A stretch of 64,000 bases of DNA from the sequence record PX246731.1; one strand, given 5' to 3'. Under the pieces are notes generated by a model, which was given only the letters and a program-made list of their open reading frames with translations, was not told the DNA's origin and searched no databases. The stretch is from a phage. Positions 7,769 to 16,865 of this stretch are shown here, in pieces. Position numbers and translations under genes: made by a program. The first letter of the stretch is position 1; each line of letters opens with the position of its first letter.

Positions 7769-8602
7769 ATGCCAACTTTGAAAGTAGGTTTTAACAAAAC
7801 CACTAATGTTGCAACTGTACTGGATGCCAGTGGCTCTATCCCAGGTGGTTCCGTAGAAGTAGGAACCTTTGTACATCCAGATGCCACTTACCCTGATAGC
7901 TTAGTTATCTATCATGGTGTTCGTGACCTGCTGTATAAACGTTCTGCCAAAGACCCTAGTAAAGCAGGCTTCTGGCCTAATAACATCGTGGATATGCAGT
8001 CTATCTCTATTGATATGAAAGCTACTCCACGACTGACTATTGCTACTAAACTGCCTCGTGTAGTCTCTGCTATTGAAGGTGAAGGCATCAACTGGCATAT
8101 TGATGTAGTAGGCGGTAAAGCACCATTTACTTATAAATGGCAATTCAAAGCTAATACCGCTGGTGCAACATTCGCTGATATTAGCTCCAGTACTAACCCA
8201 TCTGCTGCTACTGCAACACTGACACTTAACGACGTAACAGCTGCTTCCGCTGGTACTTATAAAGTGATTGCTACTGATGCTAATGGAACCACGGTAGAAG
8301 ATACGTCACTGCTGGCTGTAGGCTACTACGAAGCAAGCTCCCTGGTAGCTACTCCTGCTTCACTGGCTCTGTCTGTTGCTGCCGATCTTGCTGCTGGTAA
8401 GACTGTAACAATTGCTGCTATGCCTGTTGGTTCTTCTGCTGGTACTTTGTCTATCAAAACTGCTCCAGATTCTGGTCGTGCTACGGCTACCATTGCTGGT
8501 AACGTACTGACAGTTAAACCAGTAGCTGCTGGTGATGCTACTTCTGTAGTAGTTACCAACGGTACGGTCGATGTAACCATCGCTGTTACTGTTGCAGAGT
8601 AA
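7769..8602 (+). CDS. Ig-like domain protein, probable capsid decoration protein (N4 gp17-like)
   Basis: Ala/Thr/Val-rich beta-strand-type sequence (TYKWQFKA...SAGTYKVIATDANG) reads as Ig-like; listed start 7658 spans a terminator, so ATG 7769 with GAGG RBS is used; flanked by strong terminators. Confidence 0.55.
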   Translation: MPTLKVGFNKTTNVATVLDASGSIPGGSVEVGTFVHPDATYPDSLVIYHGVRDLLYKRSAKDPSKAGFWPNNIVDMQSISIDMKATPRLTIATKLPRVVSAIEGEGINWHIDVVGGKAPFTYKWQFKANTAGATFADISSSTNPSAATATLTLNDVTAASAGTYKVIATDANGTTVEDTSLLAVGYYEASSLVATPASLALSVAADLAAGKTVTIAAMPVGSSAGTLSIKTAPDSGRATATIAGNVLTVKPVAAGDATSVVVTNGTVDVTIAVTVAE

Positions 8603-8652
8603 GGGTATCCCTTATTTGGGGTTATAAACCCTGAAAGGAAACCCTCAAGATT

Positions 8653-8682
8653 GGCCTCCCTATTGAAGGGAGGTCTTTTTTT
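8653..8682 (+). terminator. rho-independent terminator
   Basis: GGCCTCCC-TATTGAA-GGGAGGTC then TTTTTTT. Confidence 0.8.
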
Positions 8683-8707
8683 GACTTAAACAAACCGGAG
8701 CCAGGAA

Positions 8708-8896
8708 ATGTATAAAGAGATTGCATTCTTCTCGTTCTTATTAGGTGGGTTAATTGGTGCAGGATTTGTAGCTATTTCTAATACCTACTTTGGTTCTACT
8801 CCAAACTCTGTAACACAAACCCTCAAGCATGAATGTGAATTGAATATCCCTCGTAATCAAAACTGTGTAATGCAGTTCGTACCGGAGAAGAAATGA
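8708..8896 (+). CDS. small membrane protein (62 aa)
   Basis: Hydrophobic N-terminus; ORF. Confidence 0.45.
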   Translation: MYKEIAFFSFLLGGLIGAGFVAISNTYFGSTPNSVTQTLKHECELNIPRNQNCVMQFVPEKK

Positions 8897-9078
8897 AACT
8901 TACTCAGTCCCAAGCAATCTTCCTTCGCATGGTTCAAGGTGGTTCTGCCACTAGTAACCGTAATAACAAAACCGCACAGTCTCTTAAGAAGCTGGGCTTA
9001 GTACAGTTCAATGCTGGTCTTGGGTGGTCATTAACCCCTACCGGAGTACTGCAACTCAACGAGATGAAAGGTAACTAA
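8893..9078 (+). CDS. hypothetical protein (61 aa)
   Basis: ORF with overlapping start. Confidence 0.45.
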   Translation: MKLTQSQAIFLRMVQGGSATSNRNNKTAQSLKKLGLVQFNAGLGWSLTPTGVLQLNEMKGN

Positions 9079-9408
9079 ATGAAAACTTTACTTAAAGGTA
9101 TTGCAGTAGCTGCACTGATAGCTTTGGCTCCAAATGCACAAGCAATTGAGCCAGAACCAATTCTGGAAGGTGCTCAGGCTTATCTGGATGACACTCGCGA
9201 TGCGTTCGGACAAGGATTCTTCATGGGCAGTATGATCTCTTACATCGAGAGCACAAATAACTGTGTTCCGGATGGTATGAAGTATTCCGACATTCTACCT
9301 AAGATTGCCAAAGTAGTTATTTATGATTCTGCAATCCTCAAATTGAAGAATACATCTCAAATTGTCGTGTACTCCGTACACAAGGCATATCCCTGCACTA
9401 AATCTTAA
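9079..9408 (+). CDS. secreted/periplasmic protein with signal peptide (109 aa)
   Basis: N-terminal MKTLLKGIAVAALIALAPNAQA signal-peptide-like sequence. Confidence 0.5.
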   Translation: MKTLLKGIAVAALIALAPNAQAIEPEPILEGAQAYLDDTRDAFGQGFFMGSMISYIESTNNCVPDGMKYSDILPKIAKVVIYDSAILKLKNTSQIVVYSVHKAYPCTKS

Positions 9409-9442
9409 TCAGTAATCCCATTAGCTTTAGGAGAGTAAGTAA

Positions 9443-12243
9443 ATGGCAAGCATCGACTCCTTGACTGTATGTAATTCACGTCAAGCTCGTAACTTTATTA
9501 TCCGTGCCCTGAAAGCAGGTAACGTACCGTTCCTGACTTCATCACCTGGCATGGGTAAATCTGCAATCATTCGTTCTATTGCAGAAGAATTTGGTATGAA
9601 GTTAATTGACCACCGTCTATCTACTTCTGCCCCGGAAGACCTGTCTGGCTTACCTTTCCGTAATGGTGACCGTGCAGAGTTTATTCCATTCGCTGACTTA
9701 TTCCCCATTGAGGGAGACGAAGTACCAGAAGGCTATAATGGCTGGCTCTTATTCCTTAACTGACGGGGCTTCATGAGAGCAATCTCATGTCGAAAGTTAC
9801 CTAAACAGGGAACCTCTTCTAATATGGTTGGCTCAGGTGTATACTTGAGTTTTAATCAATTGGAGACAATCCTGTGCTAAATAATGAAATTTGGAAAGAT
9901 GTGCCCGACTTACCGTATGAAGTTTCCAACTTTGGTGTAGTACGCCGAAAAGAAGGAAAGTATAAATACAAAAATAGGACACATATAAAACCGTATCTTA
10001 ATAACAAAGGGTACTACTGCGTGAACCTGTACATGAATAGTAAAGTGTACAAATATCAAGTTCATCGTCTGGTAGGCATAGCCTTTGTACCAAACCCCAA
10101 TAACTATCCAGTTATTAATCATATAGATGGAAACCCTCTTAATAACCACGAGAGTAACCTGGAATGGTGTACCCAGTCCCAAAATATTAAACATGCTTGG
10201 GATACTGGATTATTGTCAAACAGACATGCCAACGCTAGTAACAAAAATCGTGGAGGCTCCTCCAAATACGTAGGTGTATCCTGGAGTGAGCAAAGACAAA
10301 GATGGTGTGCCCATATAAGGGTTAACAAGAAATCTATTGGTTTGGGACGTTACAAAACAGAGGAAGAGGCTGCCAAAGCCTATGACTCCTACGTAACTAA
10401 CAACAATCTTACACAGATTGGGTACAGTACCAATTTCATTTAAACGCCAAACGACTATCGAAAACACACAGAAATGTGGAAGTGAGTAGAGTAGGGTGCA
10501 AGCCAATGGCACTCGAAACGGTAACAGCCCTAGCAATAGGGCTTTGATATAGTCTCCTCTGCATGGTGACATGCAGCAGTCAGTATTCACTGAGTGTACT
10601 GACGGCATTAGTAGTTGCGAACTAATGTGAAGATAATGCGACGAGTTCAACTCAGCTAAGAAAGAAGTAGTAGCTGCTGCATACAAGCTGATTCTCGACC
10701 GTATGACTGGTCAGAAAAAGCTTCATCCTAACGTGATGATTGTCTGTGCTGGTAACAAAGCTACCGACCGTGCCATTGTTAACCCATTGGGTACTGCAAT
10801 GCAGTCTCGTGTGGTTCACTTTGAAATGGAACTTAACTTCGACATCTTTGTTGAAGACGTAATGATTCCTCAGCAATGGGATGAACGTCTGGTTGCATTC
10901 TTACATGCTAACCCAGGTTACCTGCATGACTTCGACCCAGCACACAAGAACAAAACGTTCTGTTGCCCACGTAAACACACTGCGATTCAGGGGAGTAATT
11001 CCCTGTCTAAAGCTGCCTAAAACGGGAAACACTTTACATTCTGTTGCCTAAAGGTAATATGTAAAAGTCAATCCGTTACTAAATTGGGAGTCAGCATGAG
11101 TGAGATTTGGAAAGATGTTGTTGAATTTGAAGGTTTATACCAAGTATCTAATACAGGTAAATACCGTAAGCATGAGTCACGCCAATCTGTAAATAAGTAC
11201 AGAGAAGTTAAGCCCCTTATCAGGGCACTTAACAAGAACCGATTAGGTTATCTGTATGCCTCTATGTACAAAGATGGGAAGACTCATAAGAAAACTATTC
11301 ATCAACTCGTTTGTGCAGCATTTAAACCAGGCTTTAAGTATGGTGATCCTGTTAACCACTTAGATGGTAATAAGGAGAATAACCATGAAGACAACCTGGA
11401 ACCATGCACCGCACAAGACAATAATCTCCATGCTCATAAAACTGGGCTAGCCCCTAAACCAGGTAAGTCTGTGTACCACAATGTGCACATACGTCGTAGT
11501 AAGTATAAAGATAAAATTTACACTTATTACGAAGCCAAGGTTAAAGATAATTACAAGGTAGTATTCTACAAACAGTTTAAAGATGAGGTAGCTGCTGCTA
11601 AAGCCGTAGATGCCTATCTGGACTCAATTGGGGATACTAGACGTAAACGTAATTTCTGACTTCCATAAATGTCCAACGACTATCCCGGGGAGGGAGTAGA
11701 GCATAAGCCAATGATGCTCGAAATGGTAGCCACCCTACAGGTAATGCTAAGGGTGTTGATATAGTCTAGTCTGCATGGTGACATGCAGCAGTTCATAAGA
11801 GAACGGGCGTAGTCTTGCGAACTACGTCGAATATCACGACCTGGGACTTTGTTAATAAAGACCTCAAGAACCTACCGGAAGGTGCTCTGCCTGATGAGGA
11901 TTCTATCTACTATGCAGGACACGTTACTGCTGGTAAGGCTACAGAGTTTGTTCAGTTTACACAGGTGTACAATCGTATCATTACGATTGAGAAAGTAGTC
12001 AAAGACCCACTGGGCTGTGCACTACCGGAAGATAACAACCTGTGCTGGGCTACTGTTAACCATCTGGCTAACAAAACTACTGAAGAGAACTTCGCTGATG
12101 TTCTTCAGTACATTGAACGCTTTAAAACGTTCACCCATAAGATTCTGTACTTCCGTACAGTAGGCAATGCATTACCAGATCTTCAGGCTACCCCTGAATG
12201 GCGTAAGGCTGCTGCTAATATCTCTCGCTATATTCACGGATAA
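9443..12243 (+). CDS. AAA+ ATPase (MoxR/AAA_5-like) split into three exons by two group I introns; predicted exons 9443-9756, 10639-10972, 11839-12243 (351 aa after splicing)
   Basis: Walker A SSPGMGKS in exon 1; joining exon 1 to exon 2 recreates Walker B LLFLDEF; all three exon frames are continuous and sum to 1053 nt; splice points approximate. Confidence 0.6.
9757..10638 (+). mobile_element. group I intron 1 (approximate ends) carrying an HNH homing endonuclease ORF
   Basis: Contains sequences matching group I core elements as recalled: P-like CCTAAACAGGGAA, R-like CAACGACTATC, S-like TGATATAGTC; intron ends in G and the 5-prime exon ends in U under the proposed junction. Confidence 0.55.
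9874..10443 (+). CDS. HNH homing endonuclease with C-terminal AP2-like DNA-binding domain (intron-encoded)
   Basis: HNH-type His/Asn motif (HRLVGIAF...NHIDGNPLNNHESNLEW) and AP2-like YVGVSWS...RWCAHI...GRYKTEEEAAKAYD; GTG start with GGAGA RBS. Confidence 0.7.
   Translation: MLNNEIWKDVPDLPYEVSNFGVVRRKEGKYKYKNRTHIKPYLNNKGYYCVNLYMNSKVYKYQVHRLVGIAFVPNPNNYPVINHIDGNPLNNHESNLEWCTQSQNIKHAWDTGLLSNRHANASNKNRGGSSKYVGVSWSEQRQRWCAHIRVNKKSIGLGRYKTEEEAAKAYDSYVTNNNLTQIGYSTNFI
10973..11838 (+). mobile_element. group I intron 2 (approximate ends) carrying an HNH homing endonuclease ORF
   Basis: Shares P-like GCCTAAAACGGGAAAC, R-like CCAACGACTATC and S-like TGATATAGTC plus the 3-prime TTGCGAACTA block with intron 1. 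Confidence 0.55.
11096..11659 (+). CDS. HNH homing endonuclease with AP2-like domain (intron-encoded, paralogue of 9874-10443)
   Basis: N-terminal SEIWKDV...EGLY motif shared with the first endonuclease, HNH core and AP2-like C-terminus; ATG with GGGAG RBS. Confidence 0.7.
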   Translation: MSEIWKDVVEFEGLYQVSNTGKYRKHESRQSVNKYREVKPLIRALNKNRLGYLYASMYKDGKTHKKTIHQLVCAAFKPGFKYGDPVNHLDGNKENNHEDNLEPCTAQDNNLHAHKTGLAPKPGKSVYHNVHIRRSKYKDKIYTYYEAKVKDNYKVVFYKQFKDEVAAAKAVDAYLDSIGDTRRKRNF

Positions 12244-12250
12244 TCACAAC

Positions 12251-13426
12251 ATGAACCAATTTCCTCAGCACACACTTAGTGATGAACAACTCATGCGTGA
12301 GTATGACCGTATTCAGGCTCAGGCCTTCCTGGGCAAGTCTGCTGCGTTCTTTGGTTCATTGCTGTGTAGTCTTAAGTTCTCATGGAAACGTGAGGATTGC
12401 CCCACTGCATGTACTGATGGGATAGAACTCCATTTCAACCCAGACTTCTTTATCTGGATGTGTCCAGATGCAAGAGAAACAGTATTAATGCATGAACTAT
12501 GGCATGTAGCATATCTACATGACATCCGTCGTGGAAGCCGTGACCCGGAAATCTGGAACCAGGCTTGTGACCACTTCATTAACCTTCAGTTAGAAGAAGA
12601 TGGTTACAAGTTCACTGGCATTGACAAAGGCATTTGCAAAGACCCTCAATATAAAGGATGGGTCGAAGAAGACATCTACGATGACCTGATGAAGAACCCT
12701 CAGAAAAGGCAGAAGCCGTCAGGGGGTGCTGGAGCAGGTCTTGCTGGCGACATGAAATCCCCCACTTCGGGGCAGTCCCAGGGTGCTGTTGTCAACAACG
12801 TAGTACGTGCAATGCAGAGCCAAAAGATGGCTGGTGGAACAATGCCCGGTAAGGGTGCTGGTCGTATGGAAGAGGTTATTACCCAATTCCTTAAACCAGT
12901 GGTTCCATGGCAGGAAGTTCTCATGAACTTCTTTACCGACATTGATGACACACATTATACGTGGGCCAGACCTAACCGTCGTTACACTGACATCTATCTA
13001 CCTTCACTGGAAGATGATGAAGGTCGTTTACGCCACTTAGCCTACTTTGAGGATGTGTCTGGTTCTATTAGTAGTGCTGACTCTCTGCGTTTTAACTCAG
13101 AGGTCGCCTATGTTAAGAGCCAGTTTAATCCTAAGAAGATGACCCTAATTACCTTCGACGATACTATTCAAGAAGAGATAGACATCACTGAAGAAGATAC
13201 TTTTGAAGAGATTAAGATTACTGGTCGTGGTGGTACAAACCTGGAACCAGTACGCGAGTGGATTATTAAGAATAAGCCAACCGCTGCAATCATATTCTCC
13301 GATATGTATGTTCGCCCAATGGAAGAATTGCCATTTGATATCCCTATCATCTGGTGTGTTCTGAATAATCCTAATGCTACCGTACCTTTTGGGGAGGTAG
13401 TTCATATCCCTAAAGGAATGAAATAA
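12251..13426 (+). CDS. vWA-like protein with metallopeptidase-like HExxH domain (DUF2201-like), partner of the AAA ATPase
   Basis: MHELWHVAYLH motif; Gly-rich linker; sits directly after a MoxR-like ATPase; start reassigned to ATG 12251. Confidence 0.55.
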   Translation: MNQFPQHTLSDEQLMREYDRIQAQAFLGKSAAFFGSLLCSLKFSWKREDCPTACTDGIELHFNPDFFIWMCPDARETVLMHELWHVAYLHDIRRGSRDPEIWNQACDHFINLQLEEDGYKFTGIDKGICKDPQYKGWVEEDIYDDLMKNPQKRQKPSGGAGAGLAGDMKSPTSGQSQGAVVNNVVRAMQSQKMAGGTMPGKGAGRMEEVITQFLKPVVPWQEVLMNFFTDIDDTHYTWARPNRRYTDIYLPSLEDDEGRLRHLAYFEDVSGSISSADSLRFNSEVAYVKSQFNPKKMTLITFDDTIQEEIDITEEDTFEEIKITGRGGTNLEPVREWIIKNKPTAAIIFSDMYVRPMEELPFDIPIIWCVLNNPNATVPFGEVVHIPKGMK

Positions 13427-13968
13427 TGGAAACACCCATAAAAACCTGTCGCAAGTGTTTGCAGGAGTTCCCGGCTACGCTTGAGTTCTTTTACAAGAAC
13501 GCTGGTGGCAAATATGGGGTAACTCCACGGTGCAAATCATGTGTTAATGAGGATAATGCAGCCGGGCATGCAAAACGTTTGGCTGCTAATCCAGAAAAGA
13601 TACGTGCTCAAGCTGCTGCCCGTAGTAAAAAACATTATTACAAAGATTTGGAACAATCGCGTGAACGACAGTGTATAGCTCAAAAGAAAGCGAGAAATGA
13701 TCCCGTAAGGGGAGAACGTATTAAAGCACGTAAACGTGCAAATGGTGCTGGGCTAACACCGGAAGAGATACAACAACTCCTCATTAGTCAAGGAGGCGTG
13801 TGTGCTATCTGTGGTGATCCACCTACCGATTTAGACCATTGCCATAAAACAGGTAAAGTTAGATTTCTACTATGTAAGCATTGCAATAGAGGACTGGGTG
13901 CTTTTAAAGATAAGCCAGAACTAATGCGAAAAGCTGCACAACTACTGGAAGACTTCAATGATAATTAA
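13426..13968 (+). CDS. HNH endonuclease, endonuclease VII-type (free-standing)
   Basis: CRKC...CKSC and CAICG...DHCHKTGKVRFLLCKHCN Cys/His clusters typical of Endo VII/HNH. Confidence 0.65.
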   Translation: METPIKTCRKCLQEFPATLEFFYKNAGGKYGVTPRCKSCVNEDNAAGHAKRLAANPEKIRAQAAARSKKHYYKDLEQSRERQCIAQKKARNDPVRGERIKARKRANGAGLTPEEIQQLLISQGGVCAICGDPPTDLDHCHKTGKVRFLLCKHCNRGLGAFKDKPELMRKAAQLLEDFNDN

Positions 13969-14410
13969 CCGTAATCGCTTACTTGAATTGTCTCCAATAA
14001 AAAACATGGTTAACTCAAAGCAAACCTTTAATGGTTTTTCTTGGGGATTAACAGAATGCGGATACGATATTCGTATTAAGCAAGATGTGACCATGTTTTT
14101 AGGTCGTCGTTTCGTGTTGGCTTCTGCCATAGAAGAATTCGATGTACCTCATAACCTAATGGGACGAGTACTCAACAAGAGTACCTGGGCCAGAAAGGGT
14201 ATTGATGCAAGCATGACTACCAATATCGAACCAGGATGGAAAGGTTTCTTGACTCTTGAGCTTCGTTATTCGGGAATATTGCCCATTACAATCAAAGCTG
14301 GTACTGGTATTGCACAGGTTATCTTCGAAGAGATAGCTGAACATTGTAGTTACAATGGCAAGTATCAGAACCAGGAAAACCAACCAGTAGCTGCTAGACC
14401 TTCAAAATAA
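13958..14410 (+). CDS. dCTP deaminase/dUTPase-superfamily protein
   Basis: GYDIRI ... IEPGWKGFLTLEL ... GIAQVIF resemble dCTP deaminase motifs. Confidence 0.5.
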   Translation: MIINRNRLLELSPIKNMVNSKQTFNGFSWGLTECGYDIRIKQDVTMFLGRRFVLASAIEEFDVPHNLMGRVLNKSTWARKGIDASMTTNIEPGWKGFLTLELRYSGILPITIKAGTGIAQVIFEEIAEHCSYNGKYQNQENQPVAARPSK

Positions 14411-14440
14411 AAGGCTATCCGGCTTAATCAAGGAAACAAC

Positions 14441-14647
14441 ATGTCAGCATTTCAAGTAACTCAAGAAAGTACTGGTATTCGCCTGACCCTTAATGCGAAC
14501 CAAGTGATTGCAGTACAAGAACTTACCGCAGGTAACTCTGCTATTACTACCGTAGGTGGTGATGTATTAATTACCAAAGAAACCTATCGTTCAGTACGTA
14601 ATTACCTGAAGAAAGCTCTTGCTCCTACAAGCAAAGATGCTGAGTAA
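14441..14647 (+). CDS. hypothetical protein (68 aa)
   Basis: ORF with AAGGAAAC RBS-like sequence upstream. Confidence 0.5.
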   Translation: MSAFQVTQESTGIRLTLNANQVIAVQELTAGNSAITTVGGDVLITKETYRSVRNYLKKALAPTSKDAE

Positions 14648-14720
14648 GTAGCTGCCTAAATAGCCCAGCATTGTTGGGCTATTTGTGAAGAAACTAACTC
14701 AACCCCACATAGGAACCATC

Positions 14721-14981
14721 ATGGAATCTTTAGCAGCAATCCTTGTTATGTTGTTTGTATTAGCTGTATACCTTATCCCTACTATCATTGCTTTTGCACG
14801 AGGCCATGCCTCTAAGTGGGGCATTGGTGTGCTAAACATCGTATTAGGTTGGTCACTGGTATTCTGGGTAGTAACACTGATTTGGGCACTGTCCAATAAA
14901 GGACAGTCTCAGACTACAATCGTTAACGTTGGTAGTGGTAACCAGTACAACGTGTCCCAAACGAGCAGTAAAGCAGAGTAA
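14721..14981 (+). CDS. superinfection-immunity-like membrane protein (Imm_superinfect-like)
   Basis: Two TM helices with IIAFARGHASKWG...LGWSLVFWVVTLIWAL, resembling the superinfection immunity family motif; ATG 14721 with AGGAA RBS. Confidence 0.55.
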   Translation: MESLAAILVMLFVLAVYLIPTIIAFARGHASKWGIGVLNIVLGWSLVFWVVTLIWALSNKGQSQTTIVNVGSGNQYNVSQTSSKAE

Positions 14982-15054
14982 CTAACCGAAGTATCCCCAA
15001 GAGGGTACTTCTGGAAGTTACTTCCAGCTCATTGCTTATCCATCTCCTAACCCA

Positions 15055-15083
15055 AGCCCACCTAACCCGTGGGCTTTTTTATT
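15055..15083 (+). terminator. rho-independent terminator
   Basis: AGCCCAC-CTAACCC-GTGGGCT followed by TTTTTTATTT. Confidence 0.75.
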
Positions 15084-15097
15084 TAAAGGTACTTCTT

Positions 15098-15478
15098 ATG
15101 TCAAGTAGACGAAATGGTAAGTCTATCCTACAAGGACTGGACTTCGGTAAGCTGGAACAAACTGCAATGCTTGCTTTAGGTAAAACTATCCATGATCAAG
15201 TGGAAAGTGAAATTGAAGCAGATATTTATACAAGAATGCAGGTTCTTATTAAGAAAAAATGGGTTACTACCAGATCCCTTCATTCATACATTCCCCCAGA
15301 ACCTCATCTGAAATCTAAGGTAGACCGAATCATAGATAAGTTCTGGCTTAACCCATGTAAGGATGACACGCAACTTTATCTGGCTCAAATACAAAAGAAT
15401 CCTCGTACTAAGGATGTATTCAAAGGCAAGAGCACTACCCATCACTACCCCTGGTATAGAAGAGGTAGTAAATACTAA
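15098..15478 (+). CDS. hypothetical protein (126 aa)
   Basis: First ATG downstream of the terminator contained in the listed ORF. Confidence 0.5.
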   Translation: MSSRRNGKSILQGLDFGKLEQTAMLALGKTIHDQVESEIEADIYTRMQVLIKKKWVTTRSLHSYIPPEPHLKSKVDRIIDKFWLNPCKDDTQLYLAQIQKNPRTKDVFKGKSTTHHYPWYRRGSKY

Positions 15479-15921
15479 TGCGTATTCCATTCCTAAGAAA
15501 AAGAGAACGAAATCCTGTTCTTTATAATAAAGGCATAGAGGATGAGTATGAACTCAACCGTAAAGCTCGTTCCTACACAACAAAATTATTCATGGGGACT
15601 AAAAACCCTGATAGATTATTGGACTTTGTTTTTGAACAAGTCTTTATCATATACAGCTTAGCTATGTCTGCTGGTTCACAAGAAGTGAGTGATAAGGCAA
15701 GAGATGCTCTCTGTATGCTCCATAAAGAGTATGAAGCCCTCATGTATGAAGACTTATACTCCTTTAAAAAAGAAACCGCTGTAGCGTGTTCTGTGGCTCT
15801 TACTGAAGGTGTAGCAGTATTACAGGAACTACCTCGTAGTGAGTTTAAGCTGGTATACGTTCAGGTTAAGAAAATCACAGAGACGAGAAGTGGTATCACC
15901 AACTATCTAAGGTCATTCTAA
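15478..15921 (+). CDS. hypothetical protein (147 aa)
   Basis: ORF with overlapping start (TAATG). Confidence 0.55.
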   Translation: MRIPFLRKRERNPVLYNKGIEDEYELNRKARSYTTKLFMGTKNPDRLLDFVFEQVFIIYSLAMSAGSQEVSDKARDALCMLHKEYEALMYEDLYSFKKETAVACSVALTEGVAVLQELPRSEFKLVYVQVKKITETRSGITNYLRSF

Positions 15922-16865
15922 TGATTAAGGCAACTGTCATTGCAGATTCCGTTCATCCAGAAACAGGAACTCGTATCACAACCTTTGAATTGGTTTACCC
16001 CCGATTCATTCACAGTGAGTTTATGACTCACCGTGTATTTAACCGTAACGCTTCAAGCAGTCGTGCTATCCCAACTGCTAAGTTCATCGAACAGGTTCGT
16101 AATGAACCAGTGATGCCAAGTCACTGGGGTAAGAACCAGAAAGGTATGCAAGCAGAGGAAGAACTCACTCCTTTGGAGATTGTAGACGCTACATTTGCAT
16201 GGAAGCAAGCTGCCACAAGTGCAGCTATCTATGCTGAAATCCTTCGTCGTGGGCAAGTACATAAGCAAATTGTTAACCGTATTCTGGAACCGTTCACACA
16301 TATCCGTGTAGTGGTAACTTCAACTAGCTGGGCTAACTTCTATGGATTGCGTGACCACAAAGATGCACAACCAGAGATTCGTAAACTGGCTCAAGCAATG
16401 CGTAAGGCACATGAGGAAAGTACGCCAAGGGCATTACCATATGGGCAATGGCATCTACCTTATATTGCTCATATTGACCGTGTTGGGGCTTACAATTTCT
16501 GCAAACGTAATCGAATTACACGCGATGAACCAAGTGATGCAGAAGTGCATGGACTACTTCTCAAAGTAAGTGCTGCACGTTGTGCCCGTGCTTCATATAA
16601 CAACTTTGAAGGACGCCCGTCCACTATCGAAGAAGATCTCGGTTTATTTGCTAAGTTAGTGGAAAACCAACCTATTCATGCTTCCCCAACGGAACATCAG
16701 GCTACGCCTATGAACCTTGGTGAGAAGTACGTGAATAACATGAACCCAGTTACATGGGAGCAAGGTGTTACATCCATGGATAAAGAAGGGAATCTGTATT
16801 CAGGTAACCTGCTCCACTTTATCCAATTCCGTAAGTTAATTCCTGGTGAGACTATTACTGAATGA
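15921..16865 (+). CDS. thyX: flavin-dependent thymidylate synthase ThyX
   Basis: ThyX signature RHR...S...SxR present (THRVFNRNASSSRAIP). Confidence 0.8.
   Translation: MIKATVIADSVHPETGTRITTFELVYPRFIHSEFMTHRVFNRNASSSRAIPTAKFIEQVRNEPVMPSHWGKNQKGMQAEEELTPLEIVDATFAWKQAATSAAIYAEILRRGQVHKQIVNRILEPFTHIRVVVTSTSWANFYGLRDHKDAQPEIRKLAQAMRKAHEESTPRALPYGQWHLPYIAHIDRVGAYNFCKRNRITRDEPSDAEVHGLLLKVSAARCARASYNNFEGRPSTIEEDLGLFAKLVENQPIHASPTEHQATPMNLGEKYVNNMNPVTWEQGVTSMDKEGNLYSGNLLHFIQFRKLIPGETITE

Noticed and set aside
9764-9873. Treating 9443-9763, 10703-11020 and 11815-12243 as three independent small genes
   Set aside because: Frames connect across the proposed junctions and restore a Walker B motif, and the spacers carry group I intron-like elements; intron model preferred but not experimentally proven
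10216-10686. 156-aa minus-strand ORF across the first HNH gene and intron
   Set aside because: Antisense to an HNH gene with recognisable motifs and spans the intron core; likely chance frame
12167-12250. Listed upstream start for the vWA-like gene
   Set aside because: Would overlap exon 3 of the ATPase by 77 nt in another frame; ATG 12251 follows the ATPase stop directly
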